Of a stretch of DNA of 64,000 nt, positions 55,971 through 64,000 are shown piece after piece. The position numbers and the translations under genes are program-made. The stretch is from an uncultured Clostridium sp. (GTDB taxonomy: Bacteria; Bacillota; Clostridia; TANB77; CAG-508), in the NCBI GenBank assembly GCA_964507565.1, contig CAZDPV010000002.1, positions 24,879 to 88,878 on the forward strand, given 5' to 3'. Each line of letters starts with the position of its first letter. The first letter of the stretch is position 1. The notes below the pieces were generated by a model that was given only the letters and a program-made list of their open reading frames with translations, searched no databases and was not told the DNA's origin.

Positions 55971-56699
55971 ATGTATAATTTTTTTGTAGAAAACAACCAA
56001 ATTGAAAACGAAAACGTATATATAATGGGTAAAGATGTTAATCATATTACAAATGTTCTAAGAATGACAATCGGACAAAAAATTTTTGTGTGCAACAATG
56101 AAAAAGCAGAGAGTTTTCTAGCAGAGATTATAGAAATAGAAAAAGAAATTGTAAAATGTAAAATAATTCAAAAAAACAATTCAACTGAATTACCAGTAAA
56201 GGTTACACTATACCAGGGACTACCTAAATTTGATAAAATGGAATATATTATTCAAAAATCTGTTGAACTAGGTGTTTCTAAAATAGTACCAGTTGATATG
56301 AAATATTGCGTTGCAAAGATGAAAGATGATGGCAAAAAAATAACAAGATGGCAAGCAATTTCAGAGTCGGCAGCTAAACAAAGTAAAAGAAATTTAATAC
56401 CAAAAGTTGAAAATATTATTAGTTTTACAAAATTATGTAATGAAATAAGTAAATACGATTGCACGATAATTGCATATGAAGATGAGAAAAAAACCTCTTT
56501 AAAGCAGATTCTTAAAGAAAATAAAAATTGTAACAATATTGCAATAATTGTTGGTCCAGAGGGTGGAATTAGCACTGATGAAGTTAAAGTACTTAGCGAA
56601 AATGGAGCCAAAAAAGCTACCTTAGGAAATAGAATTTTAAGAACTGAAACGGCACCTATTGCTATGCTTAGTATGATTGCTTATGAATATGAATTGTAA
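55971..56699 (+). CDS. rsmE: 16S rRNA (uracil1498-N3)-methyltransferase RsmE
   Basis: MYNFFVE..., a PUA-like N-terminus, and a SPOUT C-terminus (IVGPEGGIS). Confidence 0.8.
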   Translation: MYNFFVENNQIENENVYIMGKDVNHITNVLRMTIGQKIFVCNNEKAESFLAEIIEIEKEIVKCKIIQKNNSTELPVKVTLYQGLPKFDKMEYIIQKSVELGVSKIVPVDMKYCVAKMKDDGKKITRWQAISESAAKQSKRNLIPKVENIISFTKLCNEISKYDCTIIAYEDEKKTSLKQILKENKNCNNIAIIVGPEGGISTDEVKVLSENGAKKATLGNRILRTETAPIAMLSMIAYEYEL

Positions 56700-56720
56700 A
56701 TATAATAGATAATAGATTGG

Positions 56721-57920
56721 TTGGAGGAAAAAATGAAAGAAAAAAGTTTAAATTCTGATGATGAAATCATGGAGGACATAAAGAGAAACAGCAAAAACAT
56801 TAATGCCAAAGAAGACGATAATAAAAAAAATAAAGGAAAACAAAAAGCATTAAGAGAGTCTAAAGTTAAAACTGCCAAAAGTGAAAATACAGAGTCAAAA
56901 GCTAAAGCTACCAAAAGTGAAAAGAAAGAGAAAAAAGCTAAAACTACAAAAGGTGAAAAGTCGGAATTAAAAGTTAAAACTGTAAAAAAAGAAACTCAAA
57001 ATACAAAAATACGAGTTAACTTAGAAAAGTTAGATAGTTCAGAAGATTTGGAAGACAAAGAAAAAAAGAAAACGAAAGAAGAAACTTTTAAGAATCAAGA
57101 AAATAAAAAACAAGAAACAGATAAAAAAAATAATAAGCAAAAAAATTCTTATAAAAACGAAAAAAGTCAGGAAAAAGAAAAAACATCAAAAGTGGGAAAA
57201 AATGTAGCAGATGACAGCAAAAATCAAAATAACAAGAAAAAAGAAGAAAATAAATTAAACAATAAAAAGAAAAAAACATTTAACAATAAAGAAAAAAACA
57301 ATGATAAACAAAAAGATGTTAAGAATGCAAAAATAAATGAAAAGAATGACAAAAAAACGAAACAACCTTTAAAAAGAAAGAAAAATGTTGATGAAGAATT
57401 AACTGTTGCACTAGTAGAAAATGCTGGAGATGAAGAATTAGAAAACAATAAAAACAATGCAATAACAGAAATTGATGAAAACAAAATTGAACAAATTGAA
57501 AAAGAAATTAAGGCAAACAAAAAGAACAAGAAACAAAATGAATCAAGAATAAAAAAATATAAAGAAATAATAAAGAATGTTTTAATTGCAATTATAGCTA
57601 CAATATATTTTGCTTTACTAATATTAGGACAAAAAAATATACCAACAATAGAGTATATCATAGATTTAAAAACATTCTCTATTTTTGAATTGATAATATC
57701 TATAATCCTTATGGAAATTGCCTATAAAAAGGATAGCGGAGTAATAGGATTACATTCAGTAGAAATGATAGGAATTGCAAGCGAAACAATAGTACTATTA
57801 AGCTTATACAGCAGACAAAGTGAAAAAATAAATTTAGCTTTACAAATAATGATTATATCAACAGATTTGTATTATTTAATAAAATCAATAGTAATAGCAC
57901 TAAAAAAGGAAAAACATTGA
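56721..57920 (+). CDS. Hypothetical protein: highly K/E/N-rich cytoplasmic region plus C-terminal 3-TM anchor
   Basis: Charged repeats ([32 protein letters not shown]). C-terminal helices are [32 protein letters not shown] and [13 protein letters not shown]. Confidence 0.4.
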   Translation: MEEKMKEKSLNSDDEIMEDIKRNSKNINAKEDDNKKNKGKQKALRESKVKTAKSENTESKAKATKSEKKEKKAKTTKGEKSELKVKTVKKETQNTKIRVNLEKLDSSEDLEDKEKKKTKEETFKNQENKKQETDKKNNKQKNSYKNEKSQEKEKTSKVGKNVADDSKNQNNKKKEENKLNNKKKKTFNNKEKNNDKQKDVKNAKINEKNDKKTKQPLKRKKNVDEELTVALVENAGDEELENNKNNAITEIDENKIEQIEKEIKANKKNKKQNESRIKKYKEIIKNVLIAIIATIYFALLILGQKNIPTIEYIIDLKTFSIFELIISIILMEIAYKKDSGVIGLHSVEMIGIASETIVLLSLYSRQSEKINLALQIMIISTDLYYLIKSIVIALKKEKH

Positions 57921-57970
57921 CTTATAAGAAAGAAAGTAGTAAAATAATGGTTATAAGTTTAGGAGGATTT

Positions 57971-58231
57971 ATGCAACTCATAAATATAGGATTTGGAAAT
58001 ATTATTTCTGCTGAAAGAGTTATAGCAATAGTTAGCCCAGAATCTGCACCAATAAAAAGAATGATACAAGAAGGAAAAGACAATGGAAAAGTTATTGATG
58101 CAACATGTGGGAGAAAAACTAGAGCAGTTATAATTATGGATTCTGGTAATAATATTTTATCAGCAATTCAACCAGAAACAATAGCAGGTAGACTATCTGC
58201 AGATAATAGTATAATAGAAGATAAGGAGTGA
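57971..58231 (+). CDS. remA: Biofilm/sporulation regulator RemA (YlzA, DUF370)
   Basis: [75 protein letters not shown] is near-identical in pattern to B. subtilis RemA. RBS AGGAGG is present. The ORF track started at an upstream in-frame ATG (57917). Confidence 0.85.
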   Translation: MQLINIGFGNIISAERVIAIVSPESAPIKRMIQEGKDNGKVIDATCGRKTRAVIIMDSGNNILSAIQPETIAGRLSADNSIIEDKE

Positions 58232-58236
58232 TAAAT

Positions 58237-58707
58237 ATGTTAGTTAAACCTACAGTAGTAGAATTATTAAACAAGGCTGAAAATAGATACAGATTAGTAG
58301 TAGCTACAGCCAAAAGAGCAAGACAAATTTCACAAGGAAGTATACCTATGACGGAAGAAGACGATATTTCTCCTGTTTCACTAGCAGCAGATGAGATTGA
58401 AGAAGGGAAACTAGAAATTTTCAATGAAAAACAATGGGAAAGCTTTAAGACTGAACAGGAAAAGACAAACAGTGAAAATAATTCAAATAATGATGCCGTC
58501 GAAAATGTTGAAAAAATAGATACTGATGATTCAGAAGGAAAAGTAGAAAACAAGGAAGATTCAGAAAAAAAGATATCTAAAAAATCAGATAAAGAAGATA
58601 CTTCTAATGGTGCAACTGTAAACAAAGAAGATAAGATTTCTGGAAAGACAAAGAAAACATCTAAAAAAACATCAAAAAAAGTTTCAAAGAAATTGGATAA
58701 TGAGTAA
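58237..58707 (+). CDS. rpoZ: RNA polymerase omega subunit with a long K/E/D-rich C-terminal extension (about 157 aa)
   Basis: N-terminus MLVKPTVVELLNKAENRYRLVVATAKRARQI matches RpoZ. RBS AAGGAG. Confidence 0.8.
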   Translation: MLVKPTVVELLNKAENRYRLVVATAKRARQISQGSIPMTEEDDISPVSLAADEIEEGKLEIFNEKQWESFKTEQEKTNSENNSNNDAVENVEKIDTDDSEGKVENKEDSEKKISKKSDKEDTSNGATVNKEDKISGKTKKTSKKTSKKVSKKLDNE

Positions 58708-58731
58708 AATAAAATTAACCGGAGAAAATGT

Positions 58732-59292
58732 ATGAATAAAAGACATATAATATCAATAGCAGGTGACTTAGCTAGTGGAAAAGGTGAAACCTCAAAATTA
58801 CTTATTGACAAACTAAACTATGGAATATACAGAAATGGTGAGTATTTCAGAAGTCTAGCTAAAAACATGAATATGAGTGTTACAGAATTTAATATTTATG
58901 TAAAGGATCATCCTGAAATTGATAAGAAGATAGAAAATAGTGCGGCAGAATATGCCAAAACACACGACCACTTTATAATAGATGCTAGACTTGGATGGTA
59001 TGCTGTTCCAGAATCTTTTAAGGTGTATTTAAAAGTAGACATAGATATTGCAGCAAAAAGAGCATTTCTAGACGAAAATAGAAAAGACACAGAATCTTTT
59101 GAAACTATTGAAGATCAAAAACAGGATATGCTAGTAAGATACGAGCTTGAAAATAAACGATATTTTGAATTATATAATGTACATAAAGAGGATATGTCAA
59201 ATTATGATTTAGTAGTAGATACCACTAAAATAACGCCAATTCAAGTTGCAACTCAAATAATAGAAGAATATGAAAAATGGTTAAAAAATTAA
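58732..59292 (+). CDS. Cytidylate kinase-like family protein with an atypical P-loop (GDLASGKGE)
   Basis: ISIAGDLASGKGETSKLL aligns with the Cmk P-loop IAIDGPAGSGKST. NMP-kinase-like length. Confidence 0.5.
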   Translation: MNKRHIISIAGDLASGKGETSKLLIDKLNYGIYRNGEYFRSLAKNMNMSVTEFNIYVKDHPEIDKKIENSAAEYAKTHDHFIIDARLGWYAVPESFKVYLKVDIDIAAKRAFLDENRKDTESFETIEDQKQDMLVRYELENKRYFELYNVHKEDMSNYDLVVDTTKITPIQVATQIIEEYEKWLKN

Positions 59293-59310
59293 AATAAAAA
59301 TACTAAAAAA

Positions 59311-59345
59311 CGGACTAATTATAAAATAATTAGCCCGTTTTTGCA
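59311..59345 (+). terminator. Hairpin terminator after the cmk-like gene
   Basis: cggactaatt ataaaat aattagcccg followed by ttttt. Confidence 0.5.
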
Positions 59346-59360
59346 AAGGAGGAAATTTAC

Positions 59361-60051
59361 ATAAATACTATAACTGAAAATAAAAAAAATATATTTAATA
59401 AAGAAACAATAACAATAAACCAAGGTGATTTAGATTATCCTTTTCTTTTATCACAAATTTATAATAAACCTAAAAAAATATATGTCCTTGGAAATAAAGA
59501 AATTTTAAGAGAAGAATGCATATCAATAGTAGGATGCAGACAATGTAGCAATTATGGAAAAGAATGTGCACAAAAAATAGCTTTTCTCTTAGCAAAACAA
59601 GGAAAAATAATTGTTAGTGGTCTAGCAATTGGAATAGATTCTTATGCACATATAGGAGCAATTCAAGCAAAGGGCAGAACCATAGCTGTTATGGCTACAC
59701 GGATTAGATAAAATTTACCCTCCATCTAATTACAATTTAGCAAAAGAAATATTAGACAATGGAGGAGCAATAGTAACCGAATATGACATAGAAAGTAAAT
59801 TAGAAAAGACCAACTTCCCTGAAAGAAACAGAATAATAAGCGGATTATCAACAAGTACAATTATAGTTGAAGCTAAGGAAAAAAGCGGGGCGCTAATAAC
59901 CGCAAACTTTGCCATTGAACAAGGCAGAAATTTATATGCTGTTCCAGGAAGTATATTTAATGAAAATTCAATTGGCACAAATGAACTTATAAAATACGGT
60001 GCAGAAATAATAACTAATATTGATAAAATTTCCGGAAATAAAAAAATATAA
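59361..60051 (+). pseudogene. dprA: DprA/Smf (DNA processing protein A) disrupted by a +1 frameshift at about 59699-59701, with no canonical start codon after its RBS
   Basis: Frame 1 reads ...IYVLGNKEILREECISIVGCRQCSNYGKECAQKIAFLLAKQGKIIVSGLAIGIDSYAHIGAIQAKGRTIAVMATRIR* and stops at 59709-11. A +1 frame continues GLDKIYPPSNYNLAKEILDNGGAIVTEYD...GALITANFAIEQGRNLYAVPGSIFNE..., which completes the DprA Rossmann fold. An RBS AAGGAGG at 59346-52 is followed only by ATA/ATT codons. Confidence 0.6.
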
Positions 60052-60135
60052 TTATTTACAAAAATATGTAATGAATGTTGTAATTATGTATTTTTTGTAA
60101 TATAATATACCTATCAATACCTATAGGAGGCATAT

Positions 60136-62769
60136 ATGGAAAGAAAAAACAAACATATAAGAGAAGATAAAGCAATAAAGAAAGAAGAAAAAATCATAAA
60201 CAAAAAAGACAAAAAGATGAAAAAAAAGCATCCTAAATTGAGACTAGCAATAAAAATAATTCTAATATTATTCTTAGTAACAATAATAGCTGGAATAGCT
60301 ACAGTAGTGGCAATATTTAAAACAGATAAATGGGCAATTACAAAAGAACAACTTTTAAATGAGGCAGGAGCAACCATTTATGATATTAACGGAAACGAAA
60401 TAGCAACACTTACTGGAGACGAAATAAACAAAAAAATAGCATTAACAGAAATGGGAAAGGTACCAGAAGCGTTTATTTCAATAGAGGATGAAAGGTTTTA
60501 TGAGCATAATGGAATTGATCTTACAAGAACACTTCATGCAATTGTAAAATACATATTAAGCGCTGGAAAGACATCATTTGGTGGAAGCACAATAACACAG
60601 CAACTTGTAAAAATAACAATGAAAGATGACAGTAGGTCAGGTATTGCAGGAGTTGAAAGAAAAATAAGAGAATGGTCAAGAGCAGTACAAGTAGAAAAAA
60701 TGCTTACCAAGGATCAAATAATTGAAAGATATTTAAATAGGATTTATCTAGGATCTTCATCGGGACTTGAAGTTAGGGGTGTAGAGGCAGCAGCAAATTA
60801 TTACTTCAACAAAGTTGCCAAAGACTTAAGCATTGCACAATCAGCATTTATTGCTGGAATAAACCATTCACCTGCATATTATAATCCATTTACATCTACA
60901 AAAGACATATCAGAAAAGATAAAAGATAGAACATTAACAGTACTTGGAAAAATGCATGAATTAAAGAAAATATCAGATGATGAATATAATCAAGCAGTTG
61001 AAGAAACAAAAAATGGATTAAAATTTGAGCAAGGCAAAGTATCAAATGGTAAAGGAGATTTATCATACCATACTGCAGCAGCAATAAACCAAATTGCAAA
61101 CGAATTATCTGACAAAAATGATATTTCTTATAATGAAGCAAGAGAATTACTTGTAAACAGTGGATACAAAATTCATACAACAGTGGATAATAATGTTCAA
61201 AAGAATATGGAAACAACTTTTCAAAATGATAAATACATATACAAAGGAAGTTATGCTAAAGATCCAAATGATAGATATGGTCAATCAGCAATGGTAATAA
61301 TAGATCCTAGTACAGGATACGTTGTTGGAGAAGTTGGAGGATTAGGCTCAGATCAAAATACATTGGGATTAAATAGAGGAATTTCAAAAAGACAAGGTGG
61401 ATCAGCATTTAAACCTTTAGTAACAATAGCACCGGGACTTGAAAACAAAGTCATTACAGCCTCAACACTGTTTTATGATGTTAAGACTACATTTGGAAGC
61501 AACTATACTGTTTCTAATGATGGGAATTCTTATTATGGAATTGCAAATATGAGAACTATATTAACTCATTCGTGCAATGTTCCAGAAATAAAACTACTAT
61601 CAATAATGGGAACAAATAAAGCACAAGATTTCTTATCACAAATAAATATAAAAATGGATGCTGCATCAGCAGGATTAAGTATGGCACTTGGCACAGTTGA
61701 TATAAGCCCAGTACAAATGGCAGCTGGTTATGCAATGCTTGCAAACGGTGGAACATATATTACTCCAACATTCTATACAAAAGTAGAAGACAAAGATGGG
61801 AATACAATAATTGAATCTAAACAAGATAAAAAGAGAGTAATGTCCGAAGCTAATGCATATATAGAAGCATCATTGCTACAAGGACCAGTTAAAAGTGGAA
61901 CAGCATCATCATTTAGAAATTATCTAGGAAGCATGGATGTAGCAGGAAAAACAGGAACGACAGATGGAGCAATAGACAGATGGTTTTGCGGATTTACTCC
62001 ATATTATGCTGCAGCTTGTTGGTATGGAAATGATAACAACAACGCATCATTCTATAATTCGAATTCTGGAGGAAACAATCCAGCAGGAACATTATGGTTT
62101 AACACAATGAAATTAGTACACAGCGAATTAGAGGTTAAAAAATTTGCAAGACCAGATGATATAGTAGAAGTTACAGTTTGCAAGGCTTCTGGTAAAAAGG
62201 CAACAGATAAATGCACAGATACATATACTGAAATATTTGCTAAGGATAATATTCCTGGAGATTGTGACGCACATACATCTACAGTTAAGGTTTGTAAAGA
62301 ATCGGGAAAGTTGGCAACTGAATTCTGTACAGATACTGAGGAAAGAAATGTAGGATATGTAATTGAAACAGAAAAAAATGCATCATGGAGTCCAAGACAA
62401 GACGAATCATCAGTACCTACTGAAAAATGTAACATTCATACACAAGCACAAAAATTTGATGTGCCAAATGTAATTGGAAAGTCACAAGCATCAGCAACTA
62501 AGGCTTTAGAAGATGCAGGATTTAAAGTTAAAATAGAAAAAGATAATGATAAGACAAAAGCTAAAGGCGTTGTGCTAAAACAAAGCGAAACAAAAGCACC
62601 TAAAGGTGCAGAAATTATTATAAGCATAAATCAATATGACGGTTCATCAAATACAACAGATGATGACCCAAAAAACAACACTACTGGAAATACGAATACA
62701 ACAGAACCACCCGCAAAAAATGAAACAACAGGAAATAAAACGGAAGAGAATAAAACAGCAGGAGAATAA
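60136..62769 (+). CDS. Class A penicillin-binding protein (PBP1A, transglycosylase plus transpeptidase) with a C-terminal PASTA domain and a low-complexity tail
   Basis: TM helix, GT51 motifs (EDERFYEHNGID, RKIREW), TP motifs (SAFKP, SCN, KTGT), PASTA (FDVPNVIGKSQASATKALEDAGFKVKIE). Confidence 0.85.
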   Translation: MERKNKHIREDKAIKKEEKIINKKDKKMKKKHPKLRLAIKIILILFLVTIIAGIATVVAIFKTDKWAITKEQLLNEAGATIYDINGNEIATLTGDEINKKIALTEMGKVPEAFISIEDERFYEHNGIDLTRTLHAIVKYILSAGKTSFGGSTITQQLVKITMKDDSRSGIAGVERKIREWSRAVQVEKMLTKDQIIERYLNRIYLGSSSGLEVRGVEAAANYYFNKVAKDLSIAQSAFIAGINHSPAYYNPFTSTKDISEKIKDRTLTVLGKMHELKKISDDEYNQAVEETKNGLKFEQGKVSNGKGDLSYHTAAAINQIANELSDKNDISYNEARELLVNSGYKIHTTVDNNVQKNMETTFQNDKYIYKGSYAKDPNDRYGQSAMVIIDPSTGYVVGEVGGLGSDQNTLGLNRGISKRQGGSAFKPLVTIAPGLENKVITASTLFYDVKTTFGSNYTVSNDGNSYYGIANMRTILTHSCNVPEIKLLSIMGTNKAQDFLSQINIKMDAASAGLSMALGTVDISPVQMAAGYAMLANGGTYITPTFYTKVEDKDGNTIIESKQDKKRVMSEANAYIEASLLQGPVKSGTASSFRNYLGSMDVAGKTGTTDGAIDRWFCGFTPYYAAACWYGNDNNNASFYNSNSGGNNPAGTLWFNTMKLVHSELEVKKFARPDDIVEVTVCKASGKKATDKCTDTYTEIFAKDNIPGDCDAHTSTVKVCKESGKLATEFCTDTEERNVGYVIETEKNASWSPRQDESSVPTEKCNIHTQAQKFDVPNVIGKSQASATKALEDAGFKVKIEKDNDKTKAKGVVLKQSETKAPKGAEIIISINQYDGSSNTTDDDPKNNTTGNTNTTEPPAKNETTGNKTEENKTAGE

Positions 62770-62800
62770 TATAAAATTAGAATCATAAGTGGAGGATTAA

Positions 62801-64000
62801 ATGCAAATAAAACTATATAATACATTAACACATAAAAAAGAAGAATTTATTCCTATAAAACAAAAAGAAGTTAGCATTTATAGCTGTGGACCAACAGTCT
62901 ACAGCTATGCCCATATAGGCAATTTCAGAACATATATATTTGTTGATAGCCTTAGGAGAATGTTTAAATATAATGGATATAAATTAAATCATGTTATGAA
63001 TATTACAGATGTTGGACACTTAACATCTGATGCAGATACGGGCGAAGACAAAATGGAAAAGGCTGCAAAAAAAGAAGGAAAAAATCCTTATGAAATTGCA
63101 CAATTCTATACTGATGCATTTATGAAAGACATAGCAAGTCTTAATATAGATAGTCCAAACATCATAACAAAAGCAACTGACAACATAAATCAGATGGAAG
63201 AAATGGTAAAAGAAATAATCAAAAATGGTTATGCGTATGAAACAAGTAAAGGAATATACTTTGATGTTTCAAAGCTAGATAAATATCCTGTACTTTCTAA
63301 CAATGATGTATCAGGGCAAGAAGCAGGGGCAAGAATAGAAGTAGACAAAGAAAAAAGAAATCCATACGATTTTGCAATTTGGATAAAAGCACCTGAAAAT
63401 CATATAATGAAATGGGATAGCCCATGGGGAAAAGCTTATCCTGGCTGGCATATAGAGTGCTCTACCATGGGGAGAAGATTTTTAGGAGAACATTTTGATA
63501 TACATACAGGAGGAGTAGACCATATTCCAGTACATCATGAAAATGAAATAGCACAGTGCAAAGGAGCTTTTGGACATAACCCAGCTAATTTTTGGATGCA
63601 TTGCGAATTTCTACTAGTAGACAATGGGAAAATGTCAAAATCACTCGGAAATGTATACACCCTTACACAGCTAAGTGAAAAAGGATTAGAACCTTTAGCA
63701 TATAAACTATTTTGCTTTAGCTCTCATTACAGAAATAAGCTTAATTTCACATTTGAGGGAATTGCCTCGAGCCAAAAAGCATTAAATAGATTAAGAGAAG
63801 GATTTCTTAAAAACAAAAATGGAAGTGATTGTATTTCGGAAAATACAATAAAGGAATATGAAAACAGATTTCACGAAGCTATAAATGATGACTTAAATAT
63901 GCCTCTAGCGATAGGAGTTATTTGGGATGTTATTAGAAATGAAAAAAAATCAAAACAATTCGCAGATCTTATTCTTAAATTTGATGAAGTGTTAGGACTA
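62801..64000 (+). CDS. cysS: Cysteinyl-tRNA synthetase (3'-partial, runs off the window end)
   Basis: RBS GGAGG precedes MQIKLYNTLTHKKEEF. HIGH motif (AHIGNFRT) and KMSKS motif (KMSKSLGN) are present. The frame is open from 62801 to 64000. This ORF is absent from the ORF track because no stop lies within the window. Confidence 0.9.
   Translation, partial: MQIKLYNTLTHKKEEFIPIKQKEVSIYSCGPTVYSYAHIGNFRTYIFVDSLRRMFKYNGYKLNHVMNITDVGHLTSDADTGEDKMEKAAKKEGKNPYEIAQFYTDAFMKDIASLNIDSPNIITKATDNINQMEEMVKEIIKNGYAYETSKGIYFDVSKLDKYPVLSNNDVSGQEAGARIEVDKEKRNPYDFAIWIKAPENHIMKWDSPWGKAYPGWHIECSTMGRRFLGEHFDIHTGGVDHIPVHHENEIAQCKGAFGHNPANFWMHCEFLLVDNGKMSKSLGNVYTLTQLSEKGLEPLAYKLFCFSSHYRNKLNFTFEGIASSQKALNRLREGFLKNKNGSDCISENTIKEYENRFHEAINDDLNMPLAIGVIWDVIRNEKKSKQFADLILKFDEVLGL

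Noticed and set aside
58134-58811. 225-aa minus-strand ORF overlapping remA, rpoZ and the cmk-like start
   Set aside because: It is antisense to three well-supported + strand genes with clear homology, and is a Ser/Phe-rich artefact.

Overview
This is a very AT-rich (about 27-30% GC) window from a spore-forming, peptidoglycan-containing Firmicute, probably a clostridial lineage with a streamlined genome. SpoIVA, WhiA, FtsEX, M23 peptidases, class A PBP, CdaA and RemA are all present. Almost everything is on the + strand.

The striking feature is the first ~21.5 kb. It looks like one tightly packed operon that enters from upstream of the window. A complete but highly divergent F1Fo-like ATPase gene set (c-like proteolipid, b-like, alpha-like, gamma-like, beta-like, epsilon-like, then two membrane proteins) sits between giant predicted surface proteins. 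Upstream is a >1526-aa Fn3-like repeat protein and a 468-aa membrane-anchored Fn3-like protein. Downstream is a 3018-aa protein with Fn3-like repeats, a jelly-roll-like module and a long GLUG-type beta-helix repeat block, with a TM helix at each end.

The ATPase genes keep the canonical atpE-F-(H)-A-G-D-C order. Several features argue that this is not a housekeeping ATP synthase: the c-like protein lacks the ion-binding carboxylate, no recognisable a or delta subunit is present, alpha and beta are short, the alpha 'Arg finger' position is Lys, and epsilon has only the N-terminal domain. I interpret it as a co-opted ATP-hydrolysing rotary or F1-like motor coupled to giant surface proteins. This is conceptually reminiscent of the Mycoplasma Type 2/Type 3 F1-like ATPases, but here it is in a walled Firmicute.

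The remainder is core housekeeping:
- a Thr T-box leader and thrS, followed by a truncated ThrRS paralog that has lost 2 of 3 zinc ligands and is translationally coupled to a 732-aa unknown;
- spoIVA;
- rimP-nusA-infB-rbfA-nrnA-truB, with infB carrying a large N-rich repeat insertion and ylxR/L7Ae plus ribF-rpsO-pnp missing;
- a ~200-nt structured RNA candidate;
- prmC-whiA-hemW, cdaA-truA, a frameshifted mutS2, ftsEX with two coiled-coil M23 peptidases and ctpA;
- a tRNA-Val/Asp/Phe cluster;
- a GH25 muramidase, rsmE, remA-rpoZ (long tail), a cmk-like gene, a frameshifted dprA, PBP1A and a partial cysS.
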